A DNA stretch of 64,000 bases from Centroscyllium fabricii (Eukaryota). The notes under the pieces are model-generated. The model was not told the DNA's origin. It did not search any database and worked only from the letters and a program-made list of their open reading frames with translations. A program made the position numbers and the translations under genes. Positions 11,011-23,953 of this stretch are shown here, one piece after another; position 1 is the first letter of the stretch, and each line of letters begins with the position of its first letter. The stretch lies in contig JBNRSN020000011.1 of NCBI GenBank assembly GCA_051313645.2, positions 127,224,001 through 127,288,000 of the forward strand, written 5' to 3'.

Positions 11011-14000
11011 TGTCTCCTAATACCAAGGGCTCCTCCACATGCGGGGCAGGGACAAAGTCATCCGATGTACGGGGTTCCACGAGCTGCGGGCCAGGGGTGA
11101 TGTCTCCTAATACCAAGGGCTCCTCCACGTGCGGGGCAGGGATGACGTCATCAGATGTACAGGGTTCCACAAGCTGCGGGCCAGGGGCGACGCCATTTTG
11201 TCACGAGGGCCCCTCCCTGTGCTGGGCAGGGATGGCGCCATTTTGTTTTGGGGCGACGTCATCAGATGTACGGGGTTCCACGAGCTGCGGGCCAGGGGCG
11301 ACGCCATTTTGTCACGAGTGCCCCTCTCTGTGCGGGGCAGGGACGACGCCATTTTGTTTTGGGGCAAGGCCATCTTGTGCACAGCCCCGACCAGCAGGGG
11401 CTGCTGCTGCAGCTAAAATCAGAGTTAGCCAGGGCAGGCCTCATACCCTGTCTAACTCAATAATACCTATAAAGATTAAAAACCATACTGTTGACTGTCT
11501 TTTCGACACAGGCAGCACGGAGAGTTTCATCCACCCAGATACAGTGCGGCGCTGCGGACTGCAGATCCTGCCCACCAACTACCAAATCTCCCTAGCTTCA
11601 CAGTCCCACACCGCGGACGTCACCGGCTACTGCTCCGTCACGCTCACCGTCAAGGGGCGCGTGTACCGTAATTTTAGATTGTATACCCTCCAACAGTTGT
11701 GTGCCCCAGCCTTACTAGGTTTGGATTTCCAGTGCCACTTCCAGAGTGTGACAGTGGAGTTCGGCGGGACCTTACCCTCACTCACCGTCAGTAGCCGGGA
11801 CAATTCCCCCCTAAAGCGGAGCCCGGCCTGCGGCCTCTCCACCCTGAAAATCGACCCCCCCTCGCTGTTCGCCAACCTCGATCCCAAGTGCAAGCCCATT
11901 GCCACTAAGAGTCGGCGGTACAGTGAGGGGGATCGCACGTTTATCAGGTCGGAGGTCGGGCGGATGCAAAAGGAGGGAATAATTGAAGCCAGCACCAGCC
12001 CCTGGCGCGCCCAAGTTGTGGTGGTGAAGTCTGGCGAGAATCAACGGCTGGTGATCGATTACAGCCAGACTATCAACCGCTACACCGGGCTCGATGCCTA
12101 CCCCCTTCCCCGCATCTCGGAAATGGTCAATCAGATCGCCCAGTACAAGGTGTTCTCTACGATCGAACTTAAATCGGCGTATCATCAGCTCCCGATTCGG
12201 AAAGCCGACCGCCCCTACACCGCCTTCGAGGCGAACGGTCGGCTCTACCACTTCCTCCGGGTCCCCTTTGGCGTGACCAATGGAGTGTCCGTGTTCCAAC
12301 GGGAGATGGACCGTATGGTTGACCAGAATGACTTGCAGGCCACCTTCCCTTACCTGGACAACGTGACCATCTGCGGCCACGACCAGCAGGACCACGATGC
12401 CAATCTGGCCAAATTCCTCGCCACGGCGGACAAGCTGGACCTTACGTATAACAAAGACAAATGTGTCTTTAATACAACCCGGCTTGCCATTCTCGGATAC
12501 GTGGTGGAGAACGGGCTCCTCGGCCCCGACCCACAGTGTATGCGACCCCTGCAAGAACTGCCCCTACCTCACAACCCCAAAGCCTTGAGGAGATGCTTAA
12601 GATTTTTCTCCTATTATGCACAATGGGTCCCACAGTTCGCAAATAAGGCTAGACCACTTCTCAAGGCTGCCGCCTTCCCTCTTTCTGCAGAAGCCCAGAC
12701 GGCTTTTGCAAGGATAAAGGAAGACATCGTCAAGGCGACCATGCTCGCTGTTGATGAATCCATTCCCTTCCAGTTGGAGAGCGACGCTTCGGACTTTGCC
12801 CTTGCTGCCACCCTGAATCAGGCAGGCAGGCCCGTAGCATTTTTCTCCCGCACCCTACAGGGACCCGAGACTCGCCACTCTGCAGTGGAAAAGGAGGCTC
12901 AGGCCATTGTGGAGGCCGTGCGCTACTGGCGTCATTACCTGGCCGGTAAGCGTTTTACCCTGCTCACCGACCAACGGTCGGTGGCGTTTATGTTTAATAA
13001 TAAACTACGGGGTAAAATCAAGAATGATAAGATCCTGCGGTGGCGGATCGAACTCTCGACTTACGAGTACGACATTCTTTACCGACCAGGTAAACTCAAT
13101 GAACCCCCGGACGCACTGTCCAGGGGAACGTGCGCCAGTGCCCAGCTAGACTGGCTGAAGGACCTCCACGACCGCCTTTGTCACCCGGGTGTCACCAGAC
13201 TCGCCCATTTCGTCAAATCCCGTAGCCTCCCCTCAGAGTGCCCTGTCTGTGCCGAGTGCAAACCCCACTTTTTCCGGCCAGACACGACGCATCTCATCAA
13301 GGCCACCCGCCCCTTTTAACGTCTCAGCGTAGACTTCAAAGGCCCCCTCCCCTCCACCGACCGCAAATCATACTTCCTCACGGTAGTGGATGAGTTCTCC
13401 CGCTTCCCCTTCGCTTTCCCCTGCCCAGATATGACGAGCGCAACGGTGATCAAGCACTTCACCATGCTGTTCGCCATTTTCGGTCTCCCCGGCTACATCC
13501 ATAGCGACCGGGGGTCATCGTTCATGAGCGATGAACTGCGCCAGTTTCTGCTCCAGAGAGGGGTTGCCACGAGCAGAACGACCAGTTATAACCCCCGGGG
13601 GAACGGCCAGGTAGAAAGGGAGAATGGGATCATCTGGAAGGCGGTCACCCTGGCTCTCAAGTCCAGAGGCCTTCCAGTGTCCCATTGGCAGGCAGTCCTC
13701 CCAGATGCGCTGCACTCTATCTGATCACTGTTGTGCACTGCTACTAAAGCCACTCCGCATGATCTCATTTTTTCATTCCACAGGAGGTCTACTTCGGGAA
13801 CAGCCCTTCCCCCATGGCTGACGACTCCGGGGCCGGTTTTACTTAAGAGACACGTCCGGAGCCACAAAACGGACCCCCTGGTGGACAAGGTACAGCTACT
13901 ACACGCCAACCCGCACTACGCCTTCGTGCAGTTCCCAGACGGGCGTGAGGACACCGTGTCCATCAGGGACCTGGCCCCGGCCGGAAACACCACGACAGCA

Positions 14001-14180
14001 CCCCCCGCAGGCCATCAAGTTGTTCACCCACCAGACACAGGATTGCCCCCGTGTTTCCCTGACTGCGACCCGACGAGCACACCGCCACCGGAAGTCACAG
14101 CGCCGGCAGAGGCGGACTATTCAACCATGGAGGCATCACCTCCAACACCGGTGCGCCGACAGTCCTCCAGGAAGAAATGA
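11007..14180 (+). pseudogene. pol: pol of element A (PR, RT, RNase H, IN) with in-frame stops
   Basis: LFDTGS, DAYPLPRI, YLDN, SDASD, FTLLTDQ, HSDRG, GNGQVE motifs; stops at 13317 and 13722. Confidence 0.93.
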
Positions 14181-15516
14181 CCGCCGGACCGTCTTATAAT
14201 GAACTGTTCGATCCATTCACCCCCCCCCGGACTCAAAGTTTTTAAGAAGGGGTGAATGTGGTAACCGTTCTATTCCACTGTATTCCACAGTTATTCCAAT
14301 GTATTACCATGACTAATTATGGGCTGTGCAGATGTTGGGCACAGCCCTGTTTACTGTAATCTTGTTGGGAGCCAGGTCAGCCACACCCCCGACTCCTCCC
14401 CTTGTGAGGCTCTATATAGGTGTGGTCTGACCAGGGCTCCACCCAGTTCTGTACAGTTGTTCGTCTGGAGAGTAGCTCCATTGTTTAGCAATTAAAAGCC
14501 TTTTAGTTTCGGTATCTACTTGTCGTCTTTTAATTGGAGTAATCGACGATACTACATATGCTCTTGTTTATGCCAGAGTATATTCTGTGTTAAAGCTAGT
14601 AACACTCACAGAAAATAGCCTAGCTTGTTCTGATACACAATAGCTCCAGAATATTGATGTTATGACTGCTTCAGATATCAGAGGGAGGACCAAGGCATTC
14701 AATTCAAATACAAACATTTTCTGGGGTTTATTTTTTTATTTGTTTGATTAGCAGCTCTTTTTGAGTTTAATAGACACATCATTAAATTTCCTTTGTTCTG
14801 GTAAAATTCTGAAAAGTATCTCAGTCTGCCTTATTCTAGTTAGGGACACCATCTGAATCGATCAGAGAGAAATAGATAGGGCAGAGACAATCCATGGGCA
14901 GTCCATAACAAACTGCTGTGTAAGGCTAATATTCAGGGGCCTTCTGTTTGGCCCAGTTTACATTGCAGTTTAGCACAGCAGACATGTCTGTTATTTTTTA
15001 TCTTCCAAGGAAGCCTGCAAATCTACAGGCCTAGAAATCGGAACTTTGAACATCGGCCATTAAGGCTAGTTTTGAAGGAAAAAATGGCGACTGCCTCGCT
15101 TCCGCCCACTTAGGGTGTGGAACGCAATGGACGCCATATTGGGCAGGTCGGCAGCACTGCCGTTGCCTGCGCTCGCCACCAATATTTTAATTACCAGAAG
15201 TGTGATGTCAATCGGCGTGCAATGCCGAATTGATGCACGCTTAGCAATTTTGGACGTCGCCGCTCCTCTTACTGCCCTCATCAAAGCACGCCTATGCGTG
15301 CAGCCGTTGATAGCGCGTACAGCCGGGAGAAAGCGGCGGAGATCTATAGGTCTCCACCAAAGTCGGCAGTGACTCTGCAGAGTATATCCAATCCAGTGAG
15401 ATGGTTCATGGTGATTGCTGCAGAAACACATCAGCACATTGAATGCCTGTTCTGTGCATGTTAGATGCCAGCAGGTCGGTGAATTCTGGCACGTAATGTG
15501 TACAGGACAGCATATA

Positions 15517-15951
15517 CAGGTTGAGCACCAGTAATCCGTTACCCAAAATGCCGGCAACTTCAGTGGTCCGGTATAAATCGCCCCGACTGCCCTGCGCATG
15601 CGCAAAATGGCAGCCGCGACGCAGATCATTCAAAACGGCCGCTGGACGAGCCGGGCCTTCCATGGTGTCAGGGAGTGGCGGCTCACGCCGCATTTTGAAT
15701 GTGCGAGTCCTGAGCGGCCACCATGGCGAAGCGCGCGGTTCCCCGGAGCAGCCTGCAGGCCGTCATCAGGAGGCACAAACTGCAGCTGAGACTCAGCAAG
15801 GACGTTCGGCGGCCATTTCCAATGTTGTACGCATACGCGTGGCCATTTTGAATGGTGCGCGCACGCACTGACCGTCTTCATTCTACCGTTTTTTTCACTT
15901 TCCCGGCACGGACCTGGTCCCGCCCGTACCGGATTACCGGTGCTCAACCTG
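15517..15951. mobile_element. Tc1/mariner (Tigger-like) MITE
   Basis: 22-bp TIRs CAGGTTGAGCACC(A/G)GTAATCCG with one mismatch; TA TSD on both sides. Confidence 0.85.
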
Positions 15952-16277
15952 TAGTTACAAACAGTCTGGGGGATTTGTACTGCATCTAAAGGCCTGATCT
16001 AAAGGCCTGATCCATTACTGTCACCTGCAGTTGTGTCAGTAAACTGGAAATGAAATGATATTTGGGCTTTGTAACTATTTACTCATATTGTTGCAAATGT
16101 CTGTATTGTATATTCATCCTGTTCCTCTGACGTAACAGGTGTGTGCTTATTGCTTTTTCCATAAAAGGAGACCCAACGACTTTTCCTGTTTCTGAAGGAA
16201 TTTGTACATCTGCATTTACTTGAATCGATATTCAGGTGTTCAGGGTATCCAGTAAACTTTTCACATCCCTTGGTGTA

Positions 16278-17485
16278 TGTGATGAACCTTTTGGTGTGAT
16301 TCACACTGTACTGTTATTGTATATAGTTCTGTTTAGTGTGTTTGTACATATATTGTTATATATCTGTTAATTCTGTGGGGACCTGTCCCGGGCGACCCCG
16401 CCTCTGGGTGCTAGTATAAAGGACTACGCTCCGCCCACTTGTCTTCCATACTAGACGGACTCATCAGGGATATGGTTCAGTTCTTTGCTAATAAAAGCCT
16501 CTTTATTAAGAAACTCGCTTCTGTCATAATTGAGGTATCTCAATTTTATCATCACCCTGGCCCTTCGAGCCAAAGGCCTTCCAACCTCCCATTGGCAGGA
16601 GATCCTCCAGGATGCGCTCCACGCTACCCGCTCCCTCTTGTGCACAGCCACCGATTGCACACCTCACGAGAAACTCTTCTCTTTCCCCAGGAAATCGACT
16701 TCGGGGATGTGTCTGCCGACGTGGCTGACCACCCGGGGCTGGTTTTGCTTAGAAGACATGTCCGTGGCCACAAGACGGACCCTCCTGTCGAACGTGTGCG
16801 CCTTCTGCATGTCAACCCTTAGTATGCCTACGTGGCATACCCAGACGTGAGGATACCATCTCGGTTAGAGACCTTGCGCTCGCTGGAGACATTCACACTG
16901 AGTTGTTGGCGGAGCCCTTGCCCTCCCAGGTCACATTTTCACAACAGGGGCCGTCTTTTCATTCACCTGCGCACACCACATCGGGGCCCTCGTCACTTCC
17001 GATGCACGACGGAGCTCATCGTTTTATTCAGCCTGCTCTTCTGGAGTCTCTGTTCACATCGGGAGCCCCGTCAGCATCTTCTCCGATTACAGCTACTCCC
17101 GCTTCGTCGCCAGAACCGACACTGCCTCGCCGATCTGTTCGGACTATTAAACCTCCACTGAGACTTATAACACAGTGCTGATATTCACCCCGCGGGACTT
17201 GTTTTTAAGGAAGGGGTGAATGTGATGAACCTTTTGGTGTGATTCACACTGTACTGTTATTGTATATAGTTCTGTTTAGTGTGTTTGTATATATATTGTT
17301 ATATATCTGTTAATTCTGTGGGGACCTGTCCCAGCTGACCCCACCTCTGTGTGCTAGTATAAAGGAGTATGCTCCGCCCACTTGTCTTCCATACTAGACG
17401 GACTCATCAGGGATACGGTTCAGTTCTTTGCTAATAAAAGCCTCTTTATTAAGAAACTCGCTTCTGTCATAATTGAGGTATCTCA
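16278..17485 (+). mobile_element. Internally deleted Gypsy element E (TRIM-sized)
   Basis: 265-bp LTRs at 16278-16542 and 17221-17485; TSD GTGTA. The internal part is only the integrase 3' end (ITLALRAKGLP..WQEILQD, HKTDP) plus the PPT. Confidence 0.93.
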
Positions 17486-20160
17486 GTGTATTCAGGGAGG
17501 AATCATGGAACACCTGTGCTGGCTCTGACATTCAGTATTGCAAACAAATCTCCCAATTCCAGTACACAATCGCCCTTTCAAAATGCTTATCTGGGTACTT
17601 TCTAGAGAGTTATACTCCTAAAAAGATTTACAGTGAAAAGCCCCTGTAATAACAAAGCTTATTCACTATGTATGTGTATTAAAAGAATAGGTTGCTTTTA
17701 TTAATATTTTAGGGCATAGAATCAGAAATATTGTTTGCATTCTTTAAAATATGACAGATTAATCTATTTTTATGCTTTCATTTATCTTGCATTCTCTCTC
17801 TGTGAACCGAGAAACATAACCGTAAACATAACAGTTCACTTTAAGAAATCGCGATCTTCTGAGAACGCCGCACAAATCCTTTAGACCCGACCTTAGCCAT
17901 CCTGCTGATTTTACCGCCGGAAAGAGCGTGTCAGAGTTGCAGTTAATAACTTAGATTTCCAATCCAACTAGAATCATTTCAATTTCTGTGATGGGCTCCA
18001 AGCTCTATTTCCAGCCCTGTCAGGTACCAACATTGGCTCTGAGGAGGGAGATTGTTTGCTATACAAGGCAATGTGACTGTTTCATTTTTAAAAGCTTAAG
18101 CAATGCTGGGCACCATAAACCAGAAGTAGCAGCAGGGTGTTGGCTCCCTGCTGCATTTGCTGCTTCCACCCGTTTGCCCAGAAACTGCTGGAAAATGAGT
18201 GGTAAATCTGTGGGAAATTCAGACCATTGCGTTCCAGAGAATAGTTGGTCATGCATGTCTATGTTCACCTATAGCATTCAATCGCTTTCATAAGGAGAGA
18301 ATCATAACGCTCTCTTTCAATGCTTCTGAATTCCTGATATGCATTCCTGTCAAGTGCAGTTTTGTGAAAGGAAATTTAATTCATATCATCTATCCAAGGA
18401 TTTCAAATGTGACCTTACCAATTAATTATACACAGTTAACATAACCTGCTCTCATTTCTAATCAAATTCCTTCACAATGCAGTCCTGTAAGATACAATTC
18501 GCTGTTCGTTGTGACTTGGCTGAAATTAATGTACCAGCATGCTTCGAAAGTTCTGCAAACAAACCTTTTAACAGATTTAGTTAACTTCTGTAACCCTTTT
18601 AGACATGGCATAAGCGGCCCATTGTCTACAGATTTAGTAAACTTCTGCAACCTCATCAGACAGGACCTCGAGTTCTGCAAAACAAACCTTGGAGCTGATT
18701 GAACAATGAGGAACTTCTGCAACCCCTTCAGGCATGGCACAAGCGGCCTTGAGGCCCACTGACAACAGGTAGGAAGAGACACCCGTGATTGAACAATCGT
18801 CAACGTGGTCTGGGACGTGTACGCATTGGGAGGCCTGCCAAGTTTTGGGTATAAAGCAAACAGTTTGGGACCACCTAGGACTGCTGCAGTGAGTCGGGCG
18901 ACTTGACCGGTGGCTCAGAAAGAAGAGCCTACTAGTCACCGCCGAACTGGTCACTCGCTGGTATTAGTACGTATGTATGCTTATGCTTGCTCATTAAAGC
19001 TTATGCTTGCGTGTAAACTTGATTTTATGCTTGCCTGTAAACTTGATTGATTTTAAGTAAAGAATCCGTTACCCTGAAATCTTTGTATCATTGTCTTCAT
19101 TCTAGTTCGGGTCTGAACTCTATTTAACTGTCAGACTGGGATATCATAGTCTTACAGATTTTGGTGCCCGAAGAGGAACCATGAAATGATCATGAAATAC
19201 GTGGCAGGAAGGTTACCCCTCAGGAAGAGATGGGTAAGAATTATCATAGACAGGAAGGACCCAGTCTATGAGGCTGAACAGTGGACACACGGGTCCACGT
19301 GTAAGCCCGGAATAATGAAGGTTTTCTGGTTAATGACGTATCAAAGGCAGTTTAAGAATGATGAATATGAAAAGGATAAAATGCGAAAAGAAGGTGAAGA
19401 CATGGCAAATAAAGCCAGTGATAGAGAGGCAGTCATAAATTGTTTGTTAAAAAAAGTTAGAAGACGAAAGAGAGAGTAGGAAACGGCTCGAGGAAGATTT
19501 CAAAAAGGAAAAAGAAAGATAGTGTAACATATGAATAATTAGAGTCAATGTGATGTTTGGTCAGAAGAGGCATCTCAACAGAGGCACCAAGTCAAACAGG
19601 CCAATGAGGACTTTAAGGTTGCATTTAGGGTAACCCAAAGACAGGCATTAGAAGAATGGAGTGCCCGTGGAGATCATACAGAATGTAAAAAGAGAAGCAA
19701 AGAATTAGAGGAGAAGTTACAAATTCAAAGGGGCATTGTGTGTGCCATGATTCCATTTTCTGGAGGAAATGGGGACGAAAGTGATGAGGTTAATCCTGAG
19801 GGGGAACCAGGGCGCGGCCGCTGGAAGAACTCCAGCCGCCGCCCATGAACCTTGTGATAAACGTGTATATCACTTCTATATAGTTAACTACCATGTATCA
19901 CGATGTAACTTTGTAAATACCTGCACTGTACTATACTGTGAGATGATACCTGGGACATGCCCAGGTTGGCTCCGCCCACGACTCCTCTCCCGCAGGAGGA
20001 GGTATATAAGTGACTGCTCCCATCCCCCATGCCATTCCTGGGGACAGTCAGCTTGCTGGTGCATGTTCCAAATGTAGTGAATAAAAGCCTGATTGTTCTA
20101 ACCTACTACTCGCCTCCGAGGACGTTATTGAAGGTTACAATTTTATTCACTACTGTTAAA

Positions 20161-20724
20161 ATGGATACCACGATGCTCAAGCCAGCAGTTTTCGAATTGG
20201 ATCCCCGATCATCAGGAGCATCGAACGCCTTCTCACACTGGCGCAGTGTGCTCGAAGGGTACCTCAGAGCCAATGCAGCGGTCATAGTGACCGAAGAGCA
20301 AAAACGGCGACTCCTCCACGCCCGGGTGGGCCCTCAGGTGTACTCGATAATAGTGGATGCCTCATCGTTCCAGGAGGCCATCAGGATTCTCGAGACGGAG
20401 TACAATCGGGCCTCAACGGACTTATCCTCATACTCAAGTAACTATACAGGCCCAGCCCCGCAATCTTGGACAGTGCCGGCGCAACGACCGGCAGAAGAAC
20501 TAATCACAGCGGCCCACGCGAAAACGGCAGCCAAATGCTACTTTTGTGGACAATCTCAGCACTCAAGACGCAGCTGCCCTGCTAGAGAAGCGACCTGCTC
20601 GAAATGTGACAAGAAAGGACATTATGCGAAGGTCTGTAAAAACACTAGCATAAAATCAAAACTGGGTAGCGCCGCGTGTGGAACATGGGAGCAGCCATAT
20701 TGGGCTCACCCATCCCCCACTTAA
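20161..20724 (+). pseudogene. gag: gag of element B with an internal in-frame deletion
   Basis: MDTTMLKP..LDP N-terminus like A/C/D/G and zinc knuckles retained, but the central capsid segment present in A, C and D is missing. Confidence 0.85.
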
Positions 20725-23700
20725 GAATCCCTCATGGCAGCAGCAGCAACAGCGGCCATCTTGGACTCAGCCTCCACCTCCACAGTACACCACATGGCGG
20801 CAGCCATCTTGGGGAGCGGACTCGGAGGACTACTCTCCGGATCAAGACAACTCGGAGGACCCGGTGTTAGCATCAATGACCATAGACCAGAGGATGACTC
20901 AACCGCTGGAGAAATCTATGATGCCGGTGGAAATCAACGGTAAAGAGGTGGTGTGCCTGTTCGACAGCGGGAGCACAGTAAGTTTTATAAATCAAAGTAC
21001 TGTAAAGCGCCTCTCCCTTAGAGTAATCCCTGCGCGCCAGAGAATATCTATGGCGTCCAAGTCGGAATCTGCTGACGTCACCGGGCGCTGCATTGTAACA
21101 CTTAATGTCCAGGGCGCAATGTTTAACGATTTTAGTTTTTACGTTCTGCCGCAGCTCTGCGCCCCCCTACTCCTGGGACTGGATTTCCAGTGCCACCTCC
21201 AGAGCGTTACGATGGCATTCGGCGGACCCCTTCCCTCACTCACGGTCAGAAACCGCGGCTCAAGGCGGTACCCCCAGCACACTACCTGTGGCCTCTCGAC
21301 CCTTAAGGTTGCCCCTCCATCCCTCTTCGCCAACCTCACCCCAGACTGCAAGCCCGTCGCCACCAAAAGTAGGCGCTACAGTGCTGGGGACATGGCATTT
21401 ATAAAATCAGTGGTACAGCGCCTCCTAAAAGAGGGGGTCATAGAGGCCAGTAATAGCCCCTGGAGAGCACAGGTAGTGGTAGTAAAAACCGGAGAGAAGA
21501 ACCGGATGGTTGTGGACTACAGCCAGACCATAAACCGGTTCACCCAACTAGATGCCTACCCCCTCCCCCGGATAGCGGACATGGTGAACCAAATCACCCA
21601 ATTTAAAGTGTACTCCACGATCGATCTTAAATCGGCTTATCACCAGCTTCCCATCCGCCCAGAGGACCGTCTTTATACAGCCTTCGAGGCTGACGGTCGC
21701 CTCTACCACTTCCTTAGGGTGCCGTTTGGCGTCACGAATGGGGTCTCGGTCTTCCAAAGGGAGATGGACCGAATGGTTGATCGGTACGGGCTGCGAGCCA
21801 CTTTCCCGTATCTTGATAATGTGACCATCTGCGGCCATGATCAGCAGGACCATGACGCCAACCTCCAAAAATTTCTCCACACGGCCAAAACCCTGAACTT
21901 AACGTACAATAAGGAGAAATGTGTATTTAGCACCGGCCGTCTGGCCATCCTCGGCAGCGTGGTGGAGAATGGAGTCATCGGTCCAGACCCGGACCGCATG
22001 TGCCCCCTCATGGAGCTCCCCCTCCCCCACTCCCCCAAAGCCCTTAAACGGTGTTTGGGATTTTTCGCCTATTATGCCCAGTGGGTCCCTAATTATGCGG
22101 ACAAAGCTCGCCCACTACTTAAATCGACCTCTTTTCCCCTTTCTGCAGAAGCCAACTCGGCGTTCTGCAGAATTAAAAACGATATTGCCAAAGCCACGAT
22201 GCACGCTGTGGATGAGTCTGTCCCATTTCAGGTAGAGAGCGATGCATCGGACTTTGCCCTGGCCGCCACCCTTAACCAGGCGGGCAGACCCGTGGCTTTC
22301 TTTTCACGTACCCTCCAAGGCCCCGAAACCCGCCACTCCTCAGTCGAAAAGGAGGCCCAGGCCATTGTTGAAGCAGTGCGGCATTGGAAGCACTACCTGG
22401 CCGGCAAACGTTTTACCCTACTGACTGACCAACGATCAGTCGCATTCATGTTCAACAACAAGGAACGGGGTAAAATAAAGAACGACAAGATATTAAGGTG
22501 GAGAATTGAACTATCTGCGTTCAATTACGATATCTTGTACCGGCCCGGGATATTTAACGAACCCCCAGACGCCCTATCCCGCGGTACCTGTGCCAGCGCA
22601 CAGGCTGACCGCCTCCAAACCCTTCACAATGACCTCTGCCACCCGAGGGTCACCAGGTTGGTTCACTTTGTGAAGTCCCGCAACCTCCCCTACTCCATCG
22701 AGGAGGTCAAGACCCTGACCAGCAATTGCCAGGTCTGCGCGGAGTGCAAGCCGCACTTCTACCGGCCAGACCGGGCGCACTTGATCAAGGCCACTCGCCC
22801 CTTTGAACGACTCAGTGTCGATTTTAAAGGGCCCCTTCCCTCATCCAATAGGAATGTGTACTTCCTTAACGTAATCGATGAGTACTCCCGCTTCCCCTTC
22901 GCTATTCCCTGCCAGGACATGACCTCCGCCACCGTCATCAAAGCCCTTAATAGCATCTTCTCCCTGTTCGGGTACCCCAACTATATCCATAGTGACCGGG
23001 GGGCCTCTTTTATGAGTGACGAGCTGCGTCAGTTTCTGCTAGCGAAAGGCATCGCGACTAGCAGGACTACCAGCTACAACCCCCGGGGGAACGGATAGGT
23101 AGAGAGGGAGAACGCCACTGTCTGGAAAGCCGTCCAGCTAGCCCTACGGTCTAAAGGCCTCCCAGTTACCCGATGGCAGGACGTCCTCCCTGAAGCATTC
23201 CACTCTATCCGGTCCCTCCTGTGTACTGCCACTAATGCCACCCCTCACGAAAGACTTTTTGCCTTCCCAAGGAAGTCAGCTTCCGGGACCTCGCTACCAT
23301 CGTGGCTACTATCTCCGGGACCGGTCCTGCTTCGGAAGCATGTGAGGGGACACAAGGCAGATCCCCTAGTAGAACGGGTCCACCTCCTGCACGCCAATCC
23401 CCAGTACGCGTACATAGCGTACCCCGACGGGAGGGAGGACACTGTGTCCATAAAGGATCTAGCCCCAGCAGGAGTCGCCAAACCCAGCCCCGCCAGGCAG
23501 CCCGCACTTCCAAGAAGCCCCGCCCAGCAGCCCGCGCACCCAAAACGTCCTGTGACGCTCCACATGCCGCCGAAGCCAAAGTACGCTCCCCGACACGTGG
23601 GCCCAGTACCCCAGTATGTCCACAAGGCACCTGCGAGCAGCACGACCTGGCCCCAAGCTTGGATCCACAACGCGCGCCCCCTAGAGTCAGAGGACGAAGG

Positions 23701-23953
23701 AGAGAACGCGCCCCCTGCTGTCAGAATAAGGGCACCACCACCACCCAGAAGTAACATAACAACCACCACTAGTCGACCGGCATCAATAGAGCAACCGACA
23801 CAACCAGCCGCTCCACGACACACCACTAGTCGACCGGCATCAATAGAGCAACCGACACAACCAGCCGTTCCACGACCACGAACACCACAGGCACCACCAG
23901 CGGTGCGAAGATCGACGCGGACAACCAAACCGCCTGAAAGACTCAATCTATAG
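20678..23953 (+). pseudogene. pol: pol of element B (single stop at 23096-23098)
   Basis: LFDSGS, YLDN, RNase H, HHCC and DDE integrase motifs; Pro-rich tail ending PPERLNL. Confidence 0.93.

Larger units (their letters stand above)
9559..14556 (+). mobile_element. Full-length Ty3/Gypsy LTR retrotransposon A
   Basis: 300-bp LTRs at 9559-9858 and 14257-14556 (2 differences seen); TSD TATGC; PPT AAGAAGGGGTGAA; PR-RT-RH-IN order. Confidence 0.97.

Noticed and set aside
15028-15352. Possible further Harbinger-like MITE
   Set aside because: TIRs are too degenerate and no TSD defines it confidently.
18059-18268. 69-codon minus-strand ORF preceded by TAG, as a possible terminal exon
   Set aside because: Weak pyrimidine tract and no recognisable homology; would need RNA-seq or conservation data.
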